A stretch of DNA of 64,000 nt from IMG/VR virus record IMGVR_UViG_3300007169_000009; one strand, written 5' to 3'. Position 1 is the first letter of the stretch. The number at the start of each line of letters is the position of its first letter. Below the pieces are notes generated by a model. It was not told where the DNA came from. It did not search any database and was given only the letters and a program-made list of their open reading frames with translations. The translations under genes and the position numbers were made by a program. Positions 29,563 through 37,870 of this stretch are shown here, piece by piece. The DNA comes from an uncultured virus (IMG/VR IMGVR_UViG_3300007169_000009). Lineage: Duplodnaviria > Heunggongvirae > Uroviricota > Caudoviricetes.

Positions 29563-29901
29563 ATGGCAGTCTCTCCGGGCACGTACAACATCACGCTCCA
29601 GCGCCGAGCGGATTACAGCGTCACGCTGCAGTTCAAGGACAGCAACAACGCCGTAATCAACCTCACCGGTTGGACTGCCGCCGCTCAGGTCTGGAATCAA
29701 AATCGCACCACTAAGTACGCTGACTTTACCGTTACCTACACCGACCGCAGCACCGGCACCATTGAAATCGCACTTAGCGATACCGACACCGCCACCTTCC
29801 CCTACGAAGCCTATTACGACGTACTACTTACCAACCCAAGCGGCCTGAAAGAGTATTACCTCGAAGGCATCATCTACGTCAGCGAGGGGTACACCGCATG
29901 A
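29563..29901 (+). CDS. virion structural/adaptor protein
   Basis: YNITLQRRAD...INLTGWT..AQVW...YDVLLTNPSG..EYYLEG. Confidence 0.7.
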   Translation: MAVSPGTYNITLQRRADYSVTLQFKDSNNAVINLTGWTAAAQVWNQNRTTKYADFTVTYTDRSTGTIEIALSDTDTATFPYEAYYDVLLTNPSGLKEYYLEGIIYVSEGYTA

Positions 29902-30299
29902 CATCCGTAAGTGTTACTGCTGTAAGTAATACGGTTACTGTTATCGAAGGTGATGGAACAACGACCGTTGTAACCACGCCGCTTACCACTACAGTCACAG
30001 CATTTACAGCCGGTCCACAAGGTCCCGTAGGTGCGCAAGGTCCTGAAGGCCCTCAAGGTCCTGAAGGTCCTCAAGGTCCTGAAGGCCCTCAAGGTCCAGC
30101 CGGCGGTTCTGCCTATGTTCACACACAATCCATACCCGCAACAACTTGGACTATTAACCATAATCTTGGCTATAAGCCATCGGTTGAATTGCTGGATAGC
30201 GGCAGCCAAGAAATCGACGGTGACATAGCGCATCCAAGCGCCAACCAGACTGTGGTTACACTGAATCCAGCATCTGCTGGCCTCGCCCGCCTGATCTGA
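29898..30299 (+). CDS. collagen-like repeat protein
   Basis: Ten Gly-X-Y triplets (GPQGPVGAQGPEG...) then a WTINHNLG domain. Confidence 0.8.
   Translation: MTSVSVTAVSNTVTVIEGDGTTTVVTTPLTTTVTAFTAGPQGPVGAQGPEGPQGPEGPQGPEGPQGPAGGSAYVHTQSIPATTWTINHNLGYKPSVELLDSGSQEIDGDIAHPSANQTVVTLNPASAGLARLI
30039..30098 (+). repeat. 9/18-bp tandem coding repeat (GGTCCTGAAGGCCCTCAA)
   Basis: Directly visible; encodes collagen triplets. Confidence 0.85.
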
Positions 30300-30300
30300 T

Positions 30301-31092
30301 ATGGCTCGCAAGTTCTTCACCGACCTCGACCTGCAGTCGGTCTCGAAGGTCATCAACCTGCCGTCGCCTACGGCAAGCGGCGACGCTGCAAACAAAGCGT
30401 ATGTCGATTCAGCCATCGAAGGCTTGGCATGGAAGGACAGCTGCCGCGTCGCCACGCAGAGCAACATCAACCTGAGCAGTCCTGGCGCCACGATTGATGG
30501 CGTCACGATGGCGTCGCAGGATCGCGTGCTGGTGCGAAACCAGACCGCGCAGAGCGCGAACGGCATCTATGTGTGGAACGGCGCTGCTGTCGCGATGACG
30601 CGGGCGCTGGATGCCAGCACCTTTGCTGAGCTGGAGCAGGCCGTCACGACAGTCGAGGAAGGCACTGACGCCGATGCTGCCTTCCGGCAGACGCAGGTCA
30701 ACGGCACGATCGACAGCAGCAACGTCATCTGGTCGTCGTTTGGCACTGTTGCACCAGCTGCAAGCGAGACCACCGCTGGCATCGCCGAGATCGCCACGCA
30801 AGCCGAAGTTGACGCTGGTACGGATGACCTGCGGATTGTCACCCCAGCGAAACTGGCCAGCTGGAGCGGCCGGCTGCGGAAGTACGCCACCAGCATCGGC
30901 GACGGCAGCGCCACCAGCTACACGATCACGCACAGCCTCAACACTCGTGATGTGGTGGTGAGGGTGTTCCCGAACTCGGGCAACTACGACGACGTGGAGG
31001 TTGATGTGTACCGCCCCACGACGACAACATGCCAGCTGGTGTTTGCCACGGCCCCGGCGGCTAATGCCTACCGCGTGGTGGTGATGGGCTGA
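30301..31092 (+). CDS. tail/head fibre structural protein
   Basis: DAANKAYVD, DRVLV.NQT....NGIY, AGIAEIATQAEV, ITHSLNT. Confidence 0.75.
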   Translation: MARKFFTDLDLQSVSKVINLPSPTASGDAANKAYVDSAIEGLAWKDSCRVATQSNINLSSPGATIDGVTMASQDRVLVRNQTAQSANGIYVWNGAAVAMTRALDASTFAELEQAVTTVEEGTDADAAFRQTQVNGTIDSSNVIWSSFGTVAPAASETTAGIAEIATQAEVDAGTDDLRIVTPAKLASWSGRLRKYATSIGDGSATSYTITHSLNTRDVVVRVFPNSGNYDDVEVDVYRPTTTTCQLVFATAPAANAYRVVVMG

Positions 31093-32345
31093 TGGCACGG
31101 CGCTTCCTCGGCGGCATTGATCTCCTCAACCAACTGGTGACTGCGATCGGTGCTCAGATGAGCACCGGCAAGCTCCTGGGCCGCTCCACTGCTGGCAGTG
31201 GCGCCATCGAGGAGATCAGCATCGGCAGCGGCCTGTCGCTGAGCGGCGGCACGCTGAGCGCCACCGGTGGCGGTGGCGGCGGCCTGACCCACTTCGTCGA
31301 GTCCGAGAGCACCGCATCACCCAACGCGACCGTGCCGGTCGATGCGCTGACGGCGACGGATGCGAGCTACACGAACATCGACGTGGCCATCGTACCCAAG
31401 GGTTCAGGCGCACTACTGGCGCAGGTGCCGGATGGGACGACGGCTGGAGGGAATAAGAGAGGACTCAATGCAACTGATTTGCAAAAAGGTGCACGATCGC
31501 TTTCAACCAAGGTTGCGTCTGGCAGTTCTTCTGTAATTGTTGGCGGCAGCGATAACACAGCCTCTGGATCAACTAGCGTCGTCGTTGGTGGTTCCGGCAA
31601 CACAGCATCTAACACTAATACATTTGTTGGCGGTGGCAGCAATAATATGGCGTCAACAAGTGGAGCAGCGGTATGCGCGGGAAGCGGTAACTCAGCATCA
31701 GGATCAACTGCATTTATCGGAGGCGGATCCACAAACACCGCATCGGCATCGGGAGCATGTGTTGCTGGCGGAAGCAGTAATTCAGCAACAGGTAGTAACT
31801 CTGCAATTGCTGGCGGGCAATCAAACACAGCAAACGCATCAGCTTCTTCTGTAAGTGGCGGCGCATACGGTACAGCTAGATCAATTCATGGGTATTCAGT
31901 AAGACCTGCGTGCAATGCCCCTATTGCCTCTGTCGCTGGCGTCACTCAATCCGCCCTCCTACTCCTAGGTCGCCAAACCACCGACGCCACCCCCACCGTC
32001 CTCACCAGCAACAACAGCGCCGCCGGCACCACCAATCAAGTCATCCTCCCCAACAACTCCGCCTACAGCTTTTCCGGTGAGGTGATCGCAGGTCGGACTG
32101 GAGGAGGCGACACCGCCCGCTGGACGATCAACGGCGCCATCAAGCGCGGCGCCAGCGAAATCACCACCGCCATGGTCGGCACGCCCACCGTCACGATGAC
32201 CCACAACGACGCTGGCGCAGCCGCCTGGACCGTGGCCATCACCGCCGACACCACCAACGGCGGCATTGCCGTCACAGTCACCGGCGCGGCATCCACCACC
32301 ATCAGGTGGGTGTGCAAGATCGACACTACTGAGATGACCTTCTGA
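31092..32345 (+). CDS. tail fibre with GGxxN beta-roll-like repeats
   Basis: Repeats of S.V.GG..N.AS; Gly/Ser/Ala/Thr-rich. Confidence 0.75.
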   Translation: MARRFLGGIDLLNQLVTAIGAQMSTGKLLGRSTAGSGAIEEISIGSGLSLSGGTLSATGGGGGGLTHFVESESTASPNATVPVDALTATDASYTNIDVAIVPKGSGALLAQVPDGTTAGGNKRGLNATDLQKGARSLSTKVASGSSSVIVGGSDNTASGSTSVVVGGSGNTASNTNTFVGGGSNNMASTSGAAVCAGSGNSASGSTAFIGGGSTNTASASGACVAGGSSNSATGSNSAIAGGQSNTANASASSVSGGAYGTARSIHGYSVRPACNAPIASVAGVTQSALLLLGRQTTDATPTVLTSNNSAAGTTNQVILPNNSAYSFSGEVIAGRTGGGDTARWTINGAIKRGASEITTAMVGTPTVTMTHNDAGAAAWTVAITADTTNGGIAVTVTGAASTTIRWVCKIDTTEMTF

Positions 32346-32620
32346 TGGCCCTGATCACCGACCTCGCCGAAACCCCCTTCGGCATCCCCATCACCGCCGC
32401 CTACGCTCGCATCACCCTGCTCCGTGCCGACAAGCAGGGCTTGCTCTTGCAGGTCAGCCACTACGCCACCGAAGCCGCCGCCAAATCCGGCGCGAGCCCC
32501 ATCCTCGACCGCACCGAGTTCGCGCCCACCGAGGAGCTGGCCCCAGGCCCCAACCCGCTGGCGATCGGTTACGCCTGGCTCAAGCAGCAGCCTGCCTACG
32601 TTGAGTCAAAAGACGCATGA
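32345..32620 (+). CDS. fibre-associated small protein/chaperone
   Basis: T.FGI....AYARI...YAWLK pattern; follows the fibre. Confidence 0.6.
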   Translation: MALITDLAETPFGIPITAAYARITLLRADKQGLLLQVSHYATEAAAKSGASPILDRTEFAPTEELAPGPNPLAIGYAWLKQQPAYVESKDA

Positions 32621-32752
32621 ACCGCAGGAGCGCTCTCCGCACTTAATACATGCCGAGAGAAGTCACACTACAAAATCTCCGAGAGCGCTCCCACCTCGCC
32701 GATAACCTGAAGACAGGACGCCCATTATCCTGTGTCGGATTGTGAAGAGACC

Positions 32753-32989
32753 GTGAGTTCACTTCCGTCTCCCCCTGGTGGGAGCACCCTTTCCCAGGTC
32801 GCGGCCGGCCTGCTGATCGCCGCCTGCCTGGGGTTCGCTGGCCTATTCCTGCAAGTTTCCAAGCTAGATCAAAGCATGACGACGCTCATGCAAGACGTGC
32901 AAGAAATGAAAGGCGACCAAAAAGAGCGCGTTTCAAAGCTGGAAGATCGTGTTAGACAGATTGAAATAATAGTCATTCGCAATAAATAA
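32753..32989 (+). CDS. membrane-anchored coiled-coil protein (holin/antiholin candidate)
   Basis: One TM segment then coiled coil; lysis-region position. Confidence 0.5.
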   Translation: MSSLPSPPGGSTLSQVAAGLLIAACLGFAGLFLQVSKLDQSMTTLMQDVQEMKGDQKERVSKLEDRVRQIEIIVIRNK

Positions 32990-32991
32990 CT

Positions 32992-33246
32992 ATGCCAGCC
33001 TGGCTTTGGCGATCCATCGTTGCAGTGGCAGCGTCAATAGTTATTCTTTCTGGCGGTCAATGGGCTGCCTGCCGCTTCTACGTCTTGCCTTCCGTGTGGC
33101 CGTGGTATGCCAAATACAGCGGCACCGCACAGTCCAAGAGCATTGATCCACAGCCAATGGGATGCAACGATGCTGACAATAGGGCCATAACAGCATTGCT
33201 AGGAGTGCTTACAACTCTTATCAGCCTTAGCAGGAGGGCGGAATGA
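32992..33246 (+). CDS. hypothetical membrane protein (holin candidate)
   Basis: Two hydrophobic segments. Confidence 0.5.
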   Translation: MPAWLWRSIVAVAASIVILSGGQWAACRFYVLPSVWPWYAKYSGTAQSKSIDPQPMGCNDADNRAITALLGVLTTLISLSRRAE

Positions 33247-33530
33247 AACCCATTTTGCAAAATTTGCTAATTCATCTTTCTCAGTTGCTATTAAAGGCGG
33301 CGGCCAATAAAAACCTAAAGCAACAACTTCCACGAATTTACGAAAAACTTGATCAAACAATTTGTATCGCATTATTTAATTATGCTTCGCCACGGCTAAT
33401 TAAGCTGGAGATCAAGGAGGCTATTGAATCCGCTACCTTGCGTCCGGCTACGTTGACGGAGATTCAAATTGTTTCCGCACTTTACGACCCACTCAAAAAC
33501 GCACAACGCACCCAAAGAAAAAGACAATGA
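33243..33530 (+). CDS. hypothetical protein
   Basis: ATGA-coupled on both sides; LP.IY..LD, LYDP motifs. Confidence 0.65.
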   Translation: MKPILQNLLIHLSQLLLKAAANKNLKQQLPRIYEKLDQTICIALFNYASPRLIKLEIKEAIESATLRPATLTEIQIVSALYDPLKNAQRTQRKRQ

Positions 33531-34195
33531 GCAATTTTCTGAACGCCGCAAAGCACACTGACGCAAAAAATCCAGAGCCGCATCAAATTGCTGCCTGGAA
33601 TTGGGCGTGGACGCTTCTTAGCAAAAAAGAGCAAGATGAGTTTCTTTCGATATTCAGAGCCGGATCCCAGCCCACGCAACCTCAAAGACCTGTCGAATCC
33701 AGGAGCATTCCGCCCTATTTGCTTTTGACGCGCACAAAAGAGATTGATAGTCGTGGCCTTGAGAAACTTAAACTTTCGTACATTAAAAATGGCGTTTCTT
33801 TTGGCTCGATGATCGTCGTCTCTGGGGCTCCCGGCGCCCAGCGTTTCCGGCTCGGGAGGGACAGCCGATCCGGCAGCCTGGAGCCTCTGCCAGAGGGCCG
33901 CTGGGGGATCGAAGACATCCAGTGGGCAGGCGGCCGGGACAACTACTCGGGTAGCTGGGGGCCGGGCCTGGGGCCGGCCAGCACGCCACTGCGCTATCTC
34001 GGCCCAGGCTCGACTGAGCGAGCGGCAATCGAAATCCACATTGACAGCAACGCCAGGACTTCGCCAGGCACGGCCGGCTGCATCGGTATCGCAAACGAGG
34101 GCGACTATCGCAAGCTGGTGGCCTGGCTTCGCGATTCCGACACGCGGGATCTTTACGTTGACTACGGACTCGGCTCCTGCAAAACTCCGGCGTAA
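33527..34195 (+). CDS. putative lysin, YkuD/L,D-transpeptidase-like (DUF2778/DUF5675-like)
   Basis: N-terminal PHQIAAW..L....EF..IFR lysin-associated domain; EPLPEG.W and IH-x9-TAGCIG catalytic-like motif. Confidence 0.65.
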   Translation: MSNFLNAAKHTDAKNPEPHQIAAWNWAWTLLSKKEQDEFLSIFRAGSQPTQPQRPVESRSIPPYLLLTRTKEIDSRGLEKLKLSYIKNGVSFGSMIVVSGAPGAQRFRLGRDSRSGSLEPLPEGRWGIEDIQWAGGRDNYSGSWGPGLGPASTPLRYLGPGSTERAAIEIHIDSNARTSPGTAGCIGIANEGDYRKLVAWLRDSDTRDLYVDYGLGSCKTPA

Positions 34196-34199
34196 AAAA

Positions 34200-35087
34200 T
34201 TAACAAGCGATTCCAGGCCTGCGCGAAAGCATTAGTGAGCACTTTGCCAGGCTATTTTTTTCCATTGCTCTAAGGCGCTCTTTCGAGATTCCGGTTTTTT
34301 GAGATAGCGCTCGCCAGGTGACTGGCGGATTTTGCTGCCTCGCAAGAACAACATACCTTGCTTTATCGTCAAGATATGTTTCGATAGCCATCATCGCCAT
34401 TTCTATGTTTATTTTTACATCGAGTTCATCCAGCGTATTTTGATTGCTGCTGTCAGAAATCATGTCAATAATAAAAGAGTTTTCGTAACGACCGCCGACA
34501 GGTTTATCTAGGCTTGCCGATATTGTTGGAACATTTGCGATTGCCTTGATTTCGTCAGTTGATATTGAAAGCTTTTTGGAGAGTTCTTGAATAGTTGGCT
34601 CGCAGCCAATTTCTTTTGATAAATCTTCTTTGGCTCTTTTAATTTTATAGATTAAATCGGAGACGTTTACCGGAAGACGTATTGGAGCATCGCTAGACTG
34701 AAGAGATCGCTGAATTGATTGCCGAATCCACCAGTAAGCGTAGGTGCTCATTGCATAGCCTCGCTTTGGATCGAATTTTTCTACCGCTCTGACCAGGCCG
34801 AGATTCCCTTCTTGAATCAGATCCATAAGATCCAGTGTCTTGCAGTGTCTAACGTATTTTTTGGCAATATTTACGACAAGCCTGAGGTTGCAGTTAATAA
34901 ACTTATCTTTTGCTCTTTTACCAATTCGCGCAATAACGCGCTCCTCTTTTGTGTATTCCGATTCGTCTTTATCTTTAATTGCCAGCCATCGCTGAATTTG
35001 GGTTCCAAGGGAAATTTCTTGAGCTTTTGTTAGAAGCGGGTATTTCCCGATTTCATTGAGGTAGCTCTGGATCGCGTCGCGTGACAT
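34200..35087 (-). CDS. RNA polymerase sigma70-family factor (group-2-like)
   Basis: Region 1.2 YLNEIGKYPLLT; region 2 NLRLVV.IAKKY, DLIQEGNLGL.RAVEKFD..RGY..STYAYWWIRQ; region 3 EPT; no region 1.1. Confidence 0.95.
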   Translation of the reverse strand: MSRDAIQSYLNEIGKYPLLTKAQEISLGTQIQRWLAIKDKDESEYTKEERVIARIGKRAKDKFINCNLRLVVNIAKKYVRHCKTLDLMDLIQEGNLGLVRAVEKFDPKRGYAMSTYAYWWIRQSIQRSLQSSDAPIRLPVNVSDLIYKIKRAKEDLSKEIGCEPTIQELSKKLSISTDEIKAIANVPTISASLDKPVGGRYENSFIIDMISDSSNQNTLDELDVKINIEMAMMAIETYLDDKARYVVLARQQNPPVTWRALSQKTGISKERLRAMEKNSLAKCSLMLSRRPGIAC

Positions 35088-35247
35088 TGATTTTTTGGGT
35101 ATCAGCAGACGCCTGCAAGCATCGCAGCTTGATTAGCGCCTGCCACTCCTGCTCATGATCCCACACAATGCCCGATCCGTAAACACGCCATTTCCAGTTG
35201 CTTTCTTGGCAAGGGGGCTGCAGCCATGGCCCAGGGAAGTCTATCAT
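35053..35247 (-). CDS. hypothetical protein
   Basis: 64 aa between the two sigma genes, same strand. Confidence 0.55.
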   Translation of the reverse strand: MIDFPGPWLQPPCQESNWKWRVYGSGIVWDHEQEWQALIKLRCLQASADTQKINVTRRDPELPQ

Positions 35248-35284
35248 TAGTCCAGGGTTGACGGATTAAGCATAAAAATTAGCA

Positions 35285-36199
35285 TTATTTTTTTGGCATA
35301 AAAACATTGGCAACATATTTCATTTTTTTTGCTATTTCTTGACATTTTTGCCTGATTTCCTGCTCTGTCAATTTATTTGCAGCAGCTGCATCTTTTACCG
35401 ATAAAGGAGACATACCAATGCCGTAGCGTTGTTTTATTAGAAGCTTTTCATCGCCTGGCAAGGAGTCGAGGATTCTTAGCAAAACATCAAGCCTCGGATT
35501 TTCATCAAAATGATCGCAAAGCCCTTGATTGACCGATAAGACATCGGCCAATTCAACGCTGTCCTCATGCCTTCTTATTCCAGAATCAAGTGAGATAACA
35601 CTTGCGTTTAGCAATATGACTTTTCTTATTCTTTCTGGATCTTCTTTCATTTTTTTTGCTATCTGATGGATCGTTGGCTCTCTTTTTAATTCAAATATCA
35701 GTGCCTCTCTTGCTTCTTTTATTTGTTTTGCTGTTTTTTGGACTGTTGCTGGAACTTTTATCGTTTTTTCCTGATGCTCGCTTGCTCTAGCAATGCTTTG
35801 CCTTATCCACCAATAGGCATAGGTGCTGAATTTGTACCCCCTGCTTGGCTCAAACTTTTCCGCCGCTCTTGCTAATCCAATTGCGCCTTCTTGAATCATG
35901 TCTTGAATTGTCATGTGCAACTGAGAGGTTTTTATTTTTTTCGCAACTGCTACAACTAGCCTCATATTGGCTGAAATTATTCTATCTCTTGCTTTCAGCC
36001 CTGTCTTAATTATTCTTTTTGCCTCTTGGTCAAGACTTTCTGAAATTTGAGAAAAGTTTTCTTTTGAAACTTGCTCATCTATCCCACGCTCTCTCAATAC
36101 TTTTAGCATTTCTTGAACTCTGTTCCCAAGCATGATCTCTTCGTCGCATGTCAGCATTGGGACACGCGCTATATCTGCCAGCTGGTGTTCAAGGCTCAT
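35285..36199 (-). CDS. second RNA polymerase sigma70-family factor (group-2-like)
   Basis: IARVPMLT.DEE; NMRLVV.VAKK; DMIQEG.IGL.RAAEKFEP.RGYKFSTYAYWWIRQ; REPT. Confidence 0.95.
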   Translation of the reverse strand: MSLEHQLADIARVPMLTCDEEIMLGNRVQEMLKVLRERGIDEQVSKENFSQISESLDQEAKRIIKTGLKARDRIISANMRLVVAVAKKIKTSQLHMTIQDMIQEGAIGLARAAEKFEPSRGYKFSTYAYWWIRQSIARASEHQEKTIKVPATVQKTAKQIKEAREALIFELKREPTIHQIAKKMKEDPERIRKVILLNASVISLDSGIRRHEDSVELADVLSVNQGLCDHFDENPRLDVLLRILDSLPGDEKLLIKQRYGIGMSPLSVKDAAAANKLTEQEIRQKCQEIAKKMKYVANVFMPKK

Positions 36200-36307
36200 G
36201 GCTGTGCGTCGAGGCGGCGGCGGAGTCGCCCGCCCTGGCGGGCAAGGCCGCTTCACCTTGAAGCACGGAATACATGCCGCCTCGGCTTGTGCTAGCCATC
36301 CAGAACC

Positions 36308-36619
36308 CTACAGAGCGACCGGCCAAGAGTCAAGGCGCTCGATTCGTCCTGGCTCAGTCAATGGCAGCGAAAGCTGAAGCCTGTTTGAATCCTTCGTCTC
36401 CGGGGACAAACGCTTTGAAGAAATATAAAGTCTTGAAATTAAATAGTTGCAGCCATTAAGCGAACAGACATAATGGGGAAATGGACTACCAACTTTAGCA
36501 ATTGACTCAATCGTAAGTCTTTGATCTCCAAAGAAACGAACATAAACTGATTGACCTACATTAAATTGCTTGAATTTTTTTGAAGCCTGGGCCATCGACC
36601 AGCGCTTTAGGTTTGCCAA
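36308..36619 (-). CDS. hypothetical protein
   Basis: F.VGQ.VYV...FPHY.C; start uncertain. Confidence 0.55.
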   Translation of the reverse strand: MANLKRWSMAQASKKFKQFNVGQSVYVRFFGDQRLTIESIAKVGSPFPHYVCSLNGCNYLISRLYISSKRLSPETKDSNRLQLSLPLTEPGRIERLDSWPVAL

Positions 36620-36802
36620 AAATGATAGGCCGCTCAGGCTTGCTGGTCAACCGCCTGCGGGGCTCTCGGGTCGAACGAGCCCTGCCGGGCCTCGCCAGCC
36701 GATGCAGGGCGACGCCATTGGCCACCAGGCGCCCCAGGAATGGGCTTGCGACGCTTTCCACGGGTCGTCACACCGTCAATCCCGCTGAGCTTCGCTGAGC
36801 CC

Positions 36803-36831
36803 TTGACAGGGCTGTTATGCGGCAGTAAGAT
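36803..36831 (+). promoter_or_regulatory. sigma70-type promoter of replication operon
   Basis: TTGACA-N17-TAAGAT. Confidence 0.8.
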
Positions 36832-36860
36832 AACCGAGCAACAAGGGAGAACCCCTCACA

Positions 36861-37025
36861 ATGGCGCGTCTTACGATTTCCCTGCCTGACAAGGTTTTGG
36901 ATGAACTAAAAAATACAAAGCCCTGGCATCGGCCAATGTCGCAGCACGTAGTCGGCCTGCTTGTGGATGCTCTGGAAATAAAAAAAGACGAGGCTCAGGC
37001 CGCAGAAAGCCCTTCCCTGGAGTGA
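36861..37025 (+). CDS. ribbon-helix-helix regulator (54 aa, not in ORF track)
   Basis: MARLTISLPDKVLDEL...MSQHVVGLLVDAL; GGAG upstream. Confidence 0.65.
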   Translation: MARLTISLPDKVLDELKNTKPWHRPMSQHVVGLLVDALEIKKDEAQAAESPSLE

Positions 37026-37870
37026 TCATGGAAGATTTGGAGTTTGTAAATGGCGGCACTGGCCGACACTTTACCATTATCCTGAATAAGGCTTTAAGGG
37101 ACAAGCGACTTACATGGAGGGCCAAGGGAATACTTGCGGGCTGTCTCTCGCATCACAATTCTTTCAAGTTTACCAGATCATGGATTATTGAACATGGTGC
37201 AGAGGGGCGCGATGCAATCATTTCCGCCCTGTCCGAGCTTCGTAATCTTGGGTATCTGAAAAATGCAAAAATCAGGAATGACTCAGGGCAGATAGTTGGC
37301 GAGCACTACGTTTTTACGGATCGCCCATCAGCCAGCGGCGACGCGACCCCCGACTCGCTTGGCGTCACCGGCGATCCCGAGGAGCCCATGGCCGAGCCCA
37401 CCGGCGTACTGAAAAACCGGACGCCGGGAAACCAGCGTCCTGGAAAACCGGACGCCGGAAAACCAGGACGCAATAGAAGACCATTAGAGAGAAGACCAAT
37501 AGAAGAAGACCAAGTAGAAGAAAGACCCCCCATAGCCCCCCGCAGTAGGCCAGGTCGATCGGCGGTCGCCCTGCCCGAGTGGCTGGAGCCCCATCGCACT
37601 CAGCTGGTGGCCTGGCTTGAGAACCGCCGACGCAAGCACAAGCTTGAGCCGGCTCTTACAACTTTGACGATTCGCGGCCTTGAATATGCAAGGAGCCTTG
37701 GCGTTCTTGCAGATTACTGCGAACATGCGGCTGAAAAGCACTGGCAATCGCTAGGATTTGCTGGCTACAAAGAGTATGTTGAAAAGCTTGCGCAAGAAAG
37801 AGGGCTTCTTTCTAGAAATCAGCAGCAAGCCAAGCCTGCAATGGCTCCAATCGTTTACACTCTCAACTAA
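37022..37870 (+). CDS. replication initiator (HTH)
   Basis: FTII.N..L.D.RL.W.AKG, EG..A..SAL.EL...GY; central repeats; precedes dnaB. Confidence 0.8.
   Translation: MIMEDLEFVNGGTGRHFTIILNKALRDKRLTWRAKGILAGCLSHHNSFKFTRSWIIEHGAEGRDAIISALSELRNLGYLKNAKIRNDSGQIVGEHYVFTDRPSASGDATPDSLGVTGDPEEPMAEPTGVLKNRTPGNQRPGKPDAGKPGRNRRPLERRPIEEDQVEERPPIAPRSRPGRSAVALPEWLEPHRTQLVAWLENRRRKHKLEPALTTLTIRGLEYARSLGVLADYCEHAAEKHWQSLGFAGYKEYVEKLAQERGLLSRNQQQAKPAMAPIVYTLN
37404..37527. repeat. iteron-like repeats, putative replication origin
   Basis: Two GCGTMC-N9-GGACGC dyads 31 bp apart, then AGAAGACCA repeats. Confidence 0.65.
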
